Source: the human T2T-CHM13v2.0 reference genome, Homo sapiens
Assembly: GCF_009914755.1 (NCBI RefSeq)
Contig: NC_060935.1
Length of the DNA stretch: 64,000 bases
Direction: 5' to 3' (one strand)
Each line of letters starts with the position of its first letter. The stretch's first letter is position 1. Made by a program: the position numbers and the translations under genes. Positions 40,081-52,381 of this stretch are shown piece by piece. A model generated the notes under the pieces. The model ran no database searches, was not told the origin of the DNA, and saw only the letters and a program-made list of their open reading frames with translations.

Positions 40081-40612
40081 TGTTATAGGACCAACAGGTT
40101 GTACAGTAACAGCCTACTGTGCAGTAACATGCCAACCACACTAAGACAGGAGATTTGCAGCAGATAATAACTTTAATGATGACAGTGTTCTGAGTGAGAA
40201 CATTGGAGGAGACCCTCAAATCCATCTTTCCAAGGAGTTCTGGGCTGGAATTTTTAAGGGGATTGTGGAAGGTGAGGGGCTGGAAAATTCTGCTTGATTG
40301 GTCGCTGCAAGGGGGTATGAAATTATCAGGATGTGGACACTGCATTATTTGGCGAGTCAGTTGCTTCTGGGGACTGTCAGCACCACAGAGTCTGTAGTTT
40401 AATTGGGATGCAGGATAGAACAGTCGCAGAGAACTATAAACTGGGGTCTACCTGATTCTAGGAAATAGGCAATAAATGACTAGGAGAAAGCAGTTCAGAG
40501 ATCTAGCTCACCTAATAATTTATTCTAAAAATGTTGCAAGCTTGGTTTATTTTTATTTCTCCCAGTCTCTTCTTCCCTGATTAATTTTATGGCGTTTAAA
40601 AGGATGGTTTCA
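40081..40612 (-). mobile_element. ERV1-class solo LTR (MER31-like)
   Basis: TG...CA ends; 4-bp near-TSD agat/agac; gaggagaccctcaaatccatct...gagttctgggctgg resembles recalled MER31. Confidence 0.75.
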
Positions 40613-42024
40613 AGACCTCAGCATGGAGCAATATTGGCTCATCTGCTCTGGAAAAACTGGGAAGAAAAAGGTAAGAAGCTCCTCGTTCAGACAGGGAATT
40701 TGGGATTTAGAATTCCAAGAGGAACTCTAGGAGCCAGAAAACCTCACAGCCTTCTCCTCCAGCAGGGTTAGATTGGGCAATTTTGGAAGGGCCATTAGGA
40801 AGTGCTCTATTGTGTTGGTCCCAGAGCAAGGGCCACTCTGTCTACCTTCACTCCTTCTTTCTGAAGCTAAGAGTTTGCTCTGTCCAGTGAGCAGTAAAAG
40901 CTTGCCCTTGCAACTTCTACTCTCTAACATTCCTTCTTCCAGATTTTACTTGGCTTCTTCTCCTGCTTTTGGATGGCTCTATCTACTGGTGTTGAAGAAT
41001 TAGGAGATTTCTGCGACTTGAGGACTCCAAAAGATTATTTATCCCTCTGCCTCCACTATGCTTATGCATCCAGGTGCATGATCACTTGGATATTACAGAG
41101 ATTGTTTGTTTTTAGTCTCTGCCTTCTGTCTTATCTCTGAATGGATTAATTCTGGAAAACTCCCAGATTTCAATGAAGTCCAGCAAACAAATAGATACGT
41201 TTTGGTGGAATCATCCAGATTACCTATGTACAAAGCGAGGCATCCTAGAAGCTCAGGCTCCTTCTCTTTCTTCTCTCTTCTTCTTTACCTTAACTAGTTT
41301 GCTACTTTTTATTTTCTTTTTTTGTAAGAGAAAGGTAAATATTTTTGAGAGCTGTCCCTTTCAATTTAGCAAAATGGACCAAAAAATAATATGATAGAAC
41401 CATTCATCTAAAGACAATGTCTTGGTACTATTTAGTTGCAGACTTTTTATTCTATGTGGTTTATGCATTTATTTTAATAATATAGTTGCACCTATACATA
41501 ACAACATCAGTATTTTTCCATATTGTCAGAAACTCATTATTATAATTCTTAACAGTTACTAATGTGCAGATATCATTCCTTGTTTTTGCCAAATTATGGT
41601 TTAGTTATTTACTTCTGTTTAATGGACATTTAATATATCTGATTTCTATGTGTTCTCTTTTTCCTTTTAAATTGTGTAGCTGCAAAGCCCCAGTGAAAGC
41701 TTTGAAGGTAAATCTCCTTATGAAAACTTAACTAAAAAAAAGTCCTTCCCCGGAGTTCACTGGCATGTCTAGGTAAAGAATCAAATACAATTCCCCACTG
41801 AATTCAATGTGGGATTGTTTTGAAAATAAAAGAGCATCGTCTTTCAACCATTATGTTAAAGATTAACTTTCAAAATGCTCTAAAAGCTGATAAAGGAAAA
41901 GCATTACTTGGGTTCATAAATAAAATACTACTGTGTGTCTCAAAATTAAATCTGCAAGACATCAAAACATGATGTCTCTTTAGAATATGTAATCTATACA
42001 TATGATACAATTCAACAGATTATA

Positions 42025-42390
42025 AGGTTGATTATCACTTATATAAAATGCTTGAGACTGGAAAAGTTTTGGATTTTTGATTTTTTCAAATTTTGGAATA
42101 TTTGCAGTATACTTATTGGTTTAACATCCCTAGTACATATCCTAATACATATCCTAAAATATCCCGTCTTTTAGGATATGCTAGAATTATTTGCTTAAAT
42201 TAATGCTCCAATTAACATTTTCTTTTAATGTCATGTTGCTGCTCAAAAACTTTTAGATTTTGACCCTTTTGTAAAAAATTTCTTAATTTTTTATTTTTGT
42301 GGGCACATAGTAGGTGTATACATTTGTGGGGTGCATGAGATGTTTTAATACACGTTTTGGATTTTTAAATGACGAATGCTCAACTTGTAA
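42025..42390. mobile_element. Tigger4a/MER46A remnant
   Basis: aggttgattatcacttat...ttttggaatatttgca...gctcaaaaactttt...tgctcaacttgta. Confidence 0.7.
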
Positions 42391-43544
42391 TAGAGAGAAT
42401 AGTGAAAAGTAATTCTGATAATTCTGTGCCCTCATCATCTTGTCTTTATGCTTTTTCTGAATATCATATAGTTAACAAATATTTTTGGTACTCTAGTAAA
42501 AAAAGCATCTTTTCAGCATTGGTTGTATCCTCACAAGCAAGGAAGGGAAAATAAATATCTCAGTAATCTGGGATTATTTATTTAAACAGTACAAATAATT
42601 TATATTATTAAGGACAAAATTTACATTCAAATTATCTGAAAAATGTTTTCTTCATATACCTATAATAGATATAATTAAAAAGAAATGTTAACTCACATCA
42701 GTGTTGCTGAAAGAGACTTGGGAAGTTCTTGCTGTGATCAGTCTCTGAACTCTGGCATCTGCCTCTCCATTCTAGTGCATCCTATGCAGGGCTGCCCTAT
42801 CTCAAAAGACCTATTTTTGACATAATAAGTTGGATTTGTGCTGCTCAGAAATGTCAGTGCATCCCTACTACCAACTGATTAATTACAACATACTCTGCTT
42901 AACACTGAAAGCCCTCCACTCTGTGACCCTGGCTTTTTCTAGTTTTATTTCATGTTGTTTTTAGTATCTATGTATCATATTCAGCCAAACAATTGAATTT
43001 TCAAAGTCTGATTTCTTTCTACCTTTGTATTGTCATTACCTTTACGTAGAGTTCCTTATTTCCACTTTCATCTGGCAAAACTCTATTTATCCAGAATAAC
43101 AATATTATGAGGCCATTAATTTTGAAAATGTTAAACATTTGTGATTAATTTATGCTTAATTCTGTGTAAAATCAAAAAAGTAGAACACAATTTGAACAAC
43201 ATTTTAAGATGGAAGGAAAAAAATACTTGGTGAGAATACTAAGGTAATTTCTTTAAAGTAGAATTTTGAGGGTAAACATCTGTGTATTAAATAGAATATC
43301 ATTATATAAATATCAAATCCTGGGAGCTGATGTAAGGATACATAGAAAGATAAGAGTAGATGACCCAGAAATAGGTTCAGTGATATATAAGCAAGTATTA
43401 GTAACAAAGAATACAGCAAAAATTGATGGGGAAAGATTATTCAACTATAGTATTGTATAAGCTATGTTAGTACCTGCTATAAAAGTAAATTCAGAATTGC
43501 AGTTCACGTTGTATGCTAACGTAAACAACAGGTGTAAAGAATCC

Positions 43545-43781
43545 CTTTATGCCAGGAGTTCGAGACCAGCCTGGGAGACATAGTAAAACACCATCTCTAC
43601 AAAAAAGAAAAAGAAAATTAGCCATGCCTGGTGATGTACCCCTGTTGTCCTAGCTACTTTGGAGGCTAAGGTGGAAGAATCACTTTATTCCAGGAGTTTG
43701 AGACTGCAATGGGCTACAATTGCAATGCTGCTCTTCAGCTTGGGTGACGGAGTGAGACTTTGCCTCAAAAACAACAAAAAG
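43545..43781 (+). mobile_element. 5'-truncated AluJ-like
   Basis: ccaggagttcgagaccagcctggg... Confidence 0.88.
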
Positions 43782-44358
43782 CTTTAAGTAGCCGTTTTAT
43801 TTTAGAAGTATAATTCTTTCTTCTACAATTAATAAATTTACATATGACTAGGCCAGATGTATCAGACAGAGATTGTTCTCTACTACTTATATCTCAAGAA
43901 AAATGGAAGACACTTAGAAGGAAGCTCTAAGAAAAACATTTTTTTTCATCATTCTGGACTTTGAGATTATAATTCTTTAGACTGATTTTCTGTCTCGGTG
44001 GTGGATATCATCCTGGAACTTAATTTGTTCAAAAACCTCACATAATCTGATATTTTAAAAAACATGAAATTCATAGGATCCATGAATTATTGTGCCTTAA
44101 AAGTCTTCAGAAATTCAGGGATAATTTCTGTAGGATCTCAGGCCTTCTGCATTGTTGGGACTGAGACTCACAGCACTGGGTTGCAGACGTCTGTTAACAG
44201 GTCTGGACAAGGAATGATGTCAGCCCAGATAATTCTAAGGAAGGCTTTCTGCTTTGTTATAAGGAGAGTAATCATTGAAGTCTCTAGACAAGCTCACAAT
44301 CATCATTCCAGCATATGCAAATACATCAGAACAGTTTCAGTATGCTCCTGGTTTATGA

Positions 44359-44700
<342 letters not shown>

Positions 44701-45429
44701 CTTTTTCCCTATTCCTAAATGTTTTCTCATAATTTGTTCCTTACATACTTCTTTGCTGGAATACTCAGACCCTTCTTTGCCACTCATAAACTACAATGAG
44801 GGTCCAATTCAAGTATCATAGGAATGGTTCAAGTAAACTTTTCTATAACTAGCCAAGAAAATAAATTGTTAATACACAGGGACTAGAGAAGCCCAGAGGA
44901 AGTGCTGCTAGGTCAATCACGGGCCCCAAGGCAGACATTCCATGGGTTATACTTAAAAGACACTCTATTGAGCCCAGACGGGGGGAGCTTTTCAGGCAAA
45001 GACTCACAGGTCCAATTGATGAGAAAGGATAGAACATGAAGTGCATTGGAGGAATTGCCAGAAACTGGGTAAAATTGGATCAAAGGAATGTGACCTCGTG
45101 GTCTCCCCATGGGACTGAGAATGTTAGAGTGCTTGTTGGAAAGACGCTATTCTGAAGGCAGAAAGACATTTAGATACCTATTGTAGAAATCCAGATGAGA
45201 GCATAGAAAATAAAAATAAAGTAATAGTCAAAAAAAATCATGAAAGATTTGTAAATCAAGAAAAACATGATTATGGAAATATTTTCTTATAGACAAGAAT
45301 AAATAATTATTTAAGGTGATCTCCTATACTGTAACTTAAATCCCAGACAGATGACCTTGTTCCTCAGGTTTTGAGATATGGAATAAATGAAGAGATAAAA
45401 CGCAACATGTTGAATGTAAATGATTATGG

Positions 45430-46621
45430 AATATACAGCTGATGATGATGTGAGATGATACGTTAACTACATGATGAATTGAAATGAGGTGAATGATGTA
45501 GGCACTGACATGAGCTTTAGGCTACTATTGACCTTCTGTTTTCATGAATCTGTGTTACTGTCCTTACTTGCAGTAAATGGCTTAGTGTCACTTGTTTTAG
45601 GGGATCTTTTGCTAAAATCTTCATATAGGTTCAATGCTTTCTGGGGAAACATGTTGCCATCCATTGGAACACATTTCTTGTTCATGCTTTCTACATACAT
45701 TTAACGACCGTTTTTATAATCTTAAATAAGCACTTATTATACACTGCGGCTGTAACGTCTGCTGTTTGAAATGCAATGCAAAACTTGTTTGGATTTGTTT
45801 TTCTTCCTTCACAATTTTATGAGTAAAAGATTCAACCCACAACCTCAGCATATTTTTTTTCATTTCTTTTTGAGTAGAAAACTTTTACCTTTTCATTTAA
45901 AAGAAGCACTTTATTATGGCTTCTCTTTAGCATATTTGAATGACCAGCATCACTACTTGTGTGATTTGGGGACATTATTGAGTAAGAAATGAATTACTTC
46001 AACACAAGCACTGCCATACCATAGCAGTTGAATAAATTGATATCTGAGAGGTTACTGATGATTGTGCTGGTATAAATCATGTCCTAGGTGGGACAAAGTA
46101 GGACTGAAAAAGATTTCATCATGATATTCAGAACAGCAGGGAACTTAAAACTTAGAAACTGTTTATTTGTAGATTTTTTTAATTTAATATTTTTTGGCCA
46201 GGTTTTGATCCCTGGTAACTCAAACCTCAGAAAGAAAAACTGTGTTCTCATTGCACATGCACCCTAGAACTTTAAGTACAATTATATATATATATTTTTT
46301 TTTATATTTTATATATAATATTTTATATTTTATATATAATATTTTATATATTATATATAATATTTTATATTTTATATATAATATTTTATATATTATATAT
46401 AATATATTATATATAATATTTTATATATTATATATAATATTATATATAATATTTTATATTTTATATATAATATTTTATATATTATATATAATATATTATA
46501 TATAATATATTATATATAATATTTTATATATTATATATAATATTTTATATATTATATATAATATTTTATATATTATATATATAAAAGAAAAAAGAAAAAA
46601 TGTGGATAAGGGGGACTATTG
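45430..46621. mobile_element. Tigger6/MER82-family DNA transposon remnant with an L1 stub inserted in its terminus
   Basis: aacacaagcactg...agatttcatcatg...ggtaactcaaacctcagaaag[insert]tgtggataagggggactattg terminal motif. Confidence 0.65.
46280..46586. repeat. Pure A/T minisatellite (~21-bp ATATTTTATATATTATATATA and ~12-bp subunits) derived from an L1 poly(A) tail
   Basis: No G/C seen over ~307 nt; preceded by an L1 3' terminus (ttgcacatgcaccctagaactttaagtac); TSD at 46231-46244 and 46591-46604. Confidence 0.92.
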
Positions 46622-47153
46622 CACATAACCATAGATACATTTTCTCCATGATTTGTATGTGGTTAAACATAAAATAAGCTGAGAAAATACATAAGCACTC
46701 TTGACTATAAGTCTTGTGGGGGCTATTGGCAAAGAATTCCTCTGTCAGAAAATGTTTGAGTAGCCGCTTCTGAAATCTCTTCTTTTTTTAATTGTCACAT
46801 GACAACAAAAATATTTGTTATAGAAAGAAAAATATAATCCATCCCTATCATTTGGATTCTGTATTTGTGAATTAGCCTACGTCCTAAAAGTTGTTTATAA
46901 TCCCCAAATTATTACATTGCATTTCTAGTCATCATACAACATCATGCACTATGTGGAGAAAAGCATTAAAATAATAATTTATATTTCACCCATGAGATTG
47001 GCAAAGTTTTGTAAATTCAATAAGAGACCTCAAATTAGTGGGGTTATTTGGTTAATCAGTGATTTCTCTTAGAGTGGTGGAAAATAAAAAAAGTTTTATC
47101 TTCCTGTTGGACTTCTCTGGGAATAGCCTATAAATGTACTAAAGCAGCATTTA

Positions 47154-47442
47154 GGGTTGGAAGAGGTGGTTTATGCCTGTACTCCCAAGCACTTTGGAAG
47201 TCCAAGACCAGAGGATCATTTGAAGACAGGAATTGGAGAACAGCCTGGGCTACAGAGCCATACCCTGACTCTATGAAAAGTTTTAAAAAACATTAGCCAA
47301 GTGGGATGGTGTGAGACTGTAGTCCTAGCTACTTGGGAGGCTGAAGCAAGAGGATCCCCTGAGCCTTGGAATTCAAGGCTGCAGTGAGCTATGATTGTAC
47401 CACTGCACTCCACAAGGAGACAGTTTCTCTAGAATAAATAAA
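47154..47442 (+). mobile_element. AluJ-like
   Basis: Paralog of the Alu at 13228-13511. Confidence 0.88.
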
Positions 47443-47595
47443 TATGCCCTTAGAGGAATGCCTGCATCTTGGATGAAACTCAATAAACAGTATAAAATGC
47501 ATCTTAGTTAATTTCTAGTGTATGTGTAATCTCATAGGATTTATGTTACATATGATTCACTTCAGTCACGGTTTTTTGGAATGAAGGAGTGATGA

Positions 47596-47721
47596 TAATT
47601 TAATCAGTGGTGCAAAGGTGTGTTCTAAATACTGCATAAACCTAATCGTCTTATCCTCTACCTTTCTCAATACTCCACCCTGTTAAAGAGGTGGGTGTGG
47701 TCTTCACAGATTCTTATAAAA
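47596..47721 (+). promoter_or_regulatory. Gene 3 proximal promoter (DUX4-type site, KLF box, TATA)
   Basis: TAATTTAATCA 47596-47606; AAACCTAATCG 47638-47648; GGGTGTGG 47693-47700; TATAAAA 47715-47721. Confidence 0.8.
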
Positions 47722-47744
47722 GGACATAGAAGAGACAAGCTCAG

Positions 47745-47899
47745 TTTTCTCCAAAGGAGAAGGAGCACACTTAGAGGGAGCTGTATTTTGGTGACCTCTA
47801 AAAGTCAGTACTGCGGTGAATGAGCTCCAGAACTTGAGGAGTACTTAACAGAATTATTTCTGGAAGAATCACTGTGGGAACCATTCAAAGAACCCAGCG
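47745..47899 (+). other. Gene 3 non-coding first exon (start approximate) with uORF MSSRT* (47820-47837)
   Basis: Donor GTGAGT at 47900-47905; homologous to 12775-12925. Confidence 0.75.
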
Positions 47900-48611
47900 G
47901 TGAGTGAAACTTATATTGATAAAATTATATCTTCTTTCCTTTATAAAATAATAAATTAGAGTGTTAAAAATATCTCATTATCTTAAATCTACACAATGAT
48001 ACCATTGTAATTCATATTCTTACTATAGATTTTATGAATTATGAGGATACTAATTGTTGTTATTTTGCATTTTCTATCTTCAATATAGTTTTGAAAAAAT
48101 GGAAATATCTAGTGTTTGCTGCAACAGATATGTATGCATAATGAACATATGGAGTTGATATTAATACATATATGTGCACATAAGTGTGTGTAAATATATG
48201 TGTAATGAGTGCATTAATATTAAACAATTGAATTGAGAAGACATTAATGAATGTTAATTCATTCATTCAGCTTTTAGACATAACTTTAAATTAGCAAGGT
48301 AATGATGAGAGATGCAAAACAGTGAAACTGAAAAAAATGAGAAAGCTCCCCAAAACATCCTGGTTTGGAAATCAAAACAGTTTTTTGACCAAATAAATTT
48401 ATAAGATATAATTTGATACGTGATGGTGGTTGCCATCTCACTTGAGTCTTAATCTTATTAAACTATGAAAAATTCCTTAAAATGACTTAGATGACCTCTG
48501 GAGAATATTTACAATTCTAAGATTTTTCATTTCTTTCACTAAAATTCAGCAGTGTTATCAAATAAAGGAGAGTAAAGAAAAGGACTTAAAATTGCCAAAG
48601 ACCATAGTTTA

Positions 48612-49698
48612 TATATTAGTCAGGGCTCTCCAGACAGACAGAATGATAGGATGTATATGTATACATGTAGAGATACATTCATGAGCCATTTCAGTCAACC
48701 ACAAACCACACATGGTGGTCACATAAGATTATAATACCAGTGTGTTTACTGTACCTTTTCTGTATTTAAATATGTTTACATACTAAATAATTACCACTGT
48801 GTTACAATTGCCTACAGTATACCGTACAGAACATGCTGTACAGTTTTGTAGCCTAGGAGCAACAGGCTGTACTGTATACCATAGGTGTGTAGCAGGCTAT
48901 ACCATCTAGGTTTGTGTAAGTATAGTCTATAATGTCAAAACAATAAAACCGCCTGGCTGGGCACAGTGGCTCATGCCTGTAATCCCAGCACTTTGGGAGG
49001 CTGTGGCAGGCACATCACTTGAGGCCGGGTGTTCAGGTCCAGCCTGGGCAATATGATGAAACCTCGTCTCTACTAAAAAAAGGAAAAAAAAATGAAAAAA
49101 TTTACCAGGTGTAGTGAGGTGTTCCGGTAATCCCAGGTACTCAGGGGGCTAAGGCAGGAGACTCGCTTTGACCCTGGAGGCGGAGATTGCAGTGAGCCGA
49201 GATTGCACCACTGCACTCCAGCCTGGATGATAGAGTGAGACTCCATCTCAAAAAGTAAATAAATAAAACCTCCTTACACATTTCTCAGAACATATATCTG
49301 TCATCAAGCTACACATGACTCTACCTGAGAGGGAATTCATCAGGAAAATTCGTTTGCTTGATTATAGAGTCTGAGCAGTTCTAATATAGGCTGTCTTTAA
49401 GCTGATGTCCTGAGGATACCGGTATCTTGACTGAGCTCAAGGCTGAAAGCCTCAGAACCAGCTTCAGGAGAAAGAAAGAGGAAATTGCCTTTTCTCTGGC
49501 TTTTTCCTTTTATCTGAGCTACCAGCTGATTGAATGGTGCCCACTCACATTGAGGGATGATGGTCCCACTCAGCTCACCAACTCACATGTCTCTCTCCTC
49601 TGGAAACACCTTCACAGACTCACCCAGAAACAATGCTGCACCAGTTCCCTAGGTATTGGTTAATCCAGTCACACTGATACCTAAAATTCGCCATCACA
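48612..49698 (-). mobile_element. MLT2 LTR with nested Tigger3a and AluS (48955-49268)
   Basis: Inverted paralog of 10954-12037. Confidence 0.85.
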
Positions 49699-50479
49699 CC
49701 ATAGAGATGTAATTACACCTCTCTGAGTTTAACCAAAATCCTACTATATGTTAGTTCAGAGTTTGGGTATCCCTAGGAGAAGTTAATATAATCCACGAGA
49801 AAATAAAAAGGCCCCATATCTTTAATTATGTTTTTCTCTTCTATTAAACCAAAATTGGTTTAATTGCTGTTTTTTTGTTTATTTGGTTGGTTGATTGGTT
49901 TTTCTATTTTGTTTTGGTTTGGTTTTTTATTTTACTTTAATTTCATATTATTTTAAGTCCTAAGATAAATGTGCAGGACATGCAGGCTTGTTACACAGGT
50001 AAACATGTGCCATGGTGGTTTGCTGCCCCACTGTTGTGTCTCTAAAAATATGCCATAGGACCCTCTAGCCATCTTCTCATATTTCCTTGGCCAAGGCAGT
50101 TTTTCCCAGTCTTTCATACTCAGCAGTTACATGAAAGAAGAATAGGAACAACTACAATTTATTCTAGGCCACTTAGAATCAAACCCAATTTCCAGATCAA
50201 CATTCAGAAAACGGGAAATTGAATAGATTGGTATTGTGTTACAGACAGGAAATAAAAGTATAAAGGATTGTGAGTCATCTAGTCAGTAATATCTACTGTA
50301 AAGCCGAGAGACTCTCTCTGTGTGAGATTTTTATTTTTGTTACAGAATAAATAGTGTGCTGTGTTTTAATGAATACTGTCAAGAGAAGAAAATAGGGCTA
50401 TCAGGTATCTCCACATGTTCCGAAACTTTTCATCGACCCAGACCCCAAAATGACATGTTGCTCTTTCTTCCTCAGAAAC

Positions 50480-52342
50480 ATGAATTCTGGAATCTCGCAA
50501 GACTTCCAGATGGAAATTACCTGCCCCATCTGCATGAATTACTTCATAGACCCAGTCACCATAGACTGTGGGCACAGCTTTTGCAGGCCCTGTTTCTACT
50601 TCAACTGGCAAGACATCCCAATTCTTACTCAGTGCTTTGAATGCATGAAGACAACATGGCAGAGAAACCTGAAAACTAACATTCATTTGAAGCAGATGGC
50701 TTCCCTTGCCAGAAAAGCCAGTCTCTGGCTATTCCTGAGCTCTGAGGAGCAAATGTGTGGCACTCACAGGGAGACAAAGAAGATATTCTGTGAAGTGGAC
50801 AGGAGCCTGCTCTGTTTGCTGTGCTCCAGCTCTCAGGAGCACCGGTATCACAGACACCGTCCCATTGAGTGGGCTGCTGAGGAACACCGGGTAAGTGATG
50901 CCTCTGAAGATCTATTTCTATAAATGACACATGAAATTCCTGTGGGTCTATTTTCTTGGAGATTGGGTAAAGCCAAACCTGAGTCCCTTTAAGCAGCTCA
51001 CTTTTGGGCTTTCTTAGCTTCAAACCTCTGAGATTTGACGAAGAAGAAGGGAAATAGAAGAAATGCCATTTCCTAGGGACTTACTTGTCTCTCATTCTCA
51101 GCCCGCTCCCTATGAAACGGTCTGCATGTTACTTTATTGTTTTCACTGGTGATTCAATTTATGGCTCTTTTGCAGGAGAAGCTTTTAAAGAAAATGCAGT
51201 CTTTATGGGAAAAAGCTTGTGAAAATCAGAGAAACCTGAATGTGGAAACCACCAGAATCAGCCACTGGAAGGTTAGTTCTGTACTACTCTACCTTCTACC
51301 TTCTCCAGGAACTTATGGTGGGCAAATGGGTGACTCTTAAAATAGGAACTTGTTATCAAACTCTAATGTTTCTGGGAGTCAATAAAAAAAAAAAAAGAAA
51401 ACACTGAGAAAAAGTGACCTCATTTCTTATATAGAACAGTATGACTGTTAGAAAGGATTTCTAAGAAAACTACTGAAGTCACCCAAAGCATGCTGGTTTG
51501 TTTTCATACAAACCTGTAGCTATACACCAACAGATACCAGAAACTGGGCCATCTCACAGCATTCTATATGTGCTGGTTGGATAAATGCTGGGCACAAGAT
51601 TCATTTGGCAGTCATGGAAAGCTCAAGTGAACCTTCTGAGCCTGGGTCAGCATTAATCTGAATGCTGGTGGACAAGTAGTATTTGGAATTGTATGGAAAA
51701 TTTGAGGCAGAAAGAGTGACAGGGGAAATCTAGGGCAACCATGAAATTAAGAATCTCAACTAATTAATATTGAATACTACATAACATATGATGAGAAAAG
51801 TGGTGAGAAATATGGATTTGTGTCTTGAGGGAGACATGCAAACATGCTCAAAATATGGGAACTAGTATCTAAATATAAGGAAAACTCTAAGGACTTCAGA
51901 GAAATATTAAAAATGATTTTCTCTTTGTGGATGTATACTTTGAGGGTATGATAGCTAATATTAGTGTTTTGAAAAGTATTTCATAAGAACCTAGTCTATG
52001 TTGAATATTAAATTAGAAAATTTGCCAGTATAGAAGAAAGAAAGCATCTTTGTCCTCACAAATCGTACAATCCAAATGAGAGAGGTAAAAATGGTCAACA
52101 TGCAAATATGTGCAATACATGATGTGTTCGAGTGTGGTAGGTTCTTTGTTGGAGAATAATCAAGCAGGGAAGTAGAAAAGGACAATAGAGGCCAGAAACT
52201 GGAGATTAGTGTCTGATTTTTAAATAGGGTGGTCAGAAAAAAGACTCACTGAAAAATTCAATTTGAACGAAATTTTGAAGAGGAGAGGGAACACGAATGT
52301 GTGTATGTATATACATATATGTGGACCATGAACGTGTATATA

Positions 52343-52381
<39 letters not shown>

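Noticed and set aside
46242-46505. 87-aa I/Y/L/F hydrophobic ORF, or a CRISPR-like array
   Set aside because: Translation of an AT minisatellite; no unique spacers, and the context is eukaryotic
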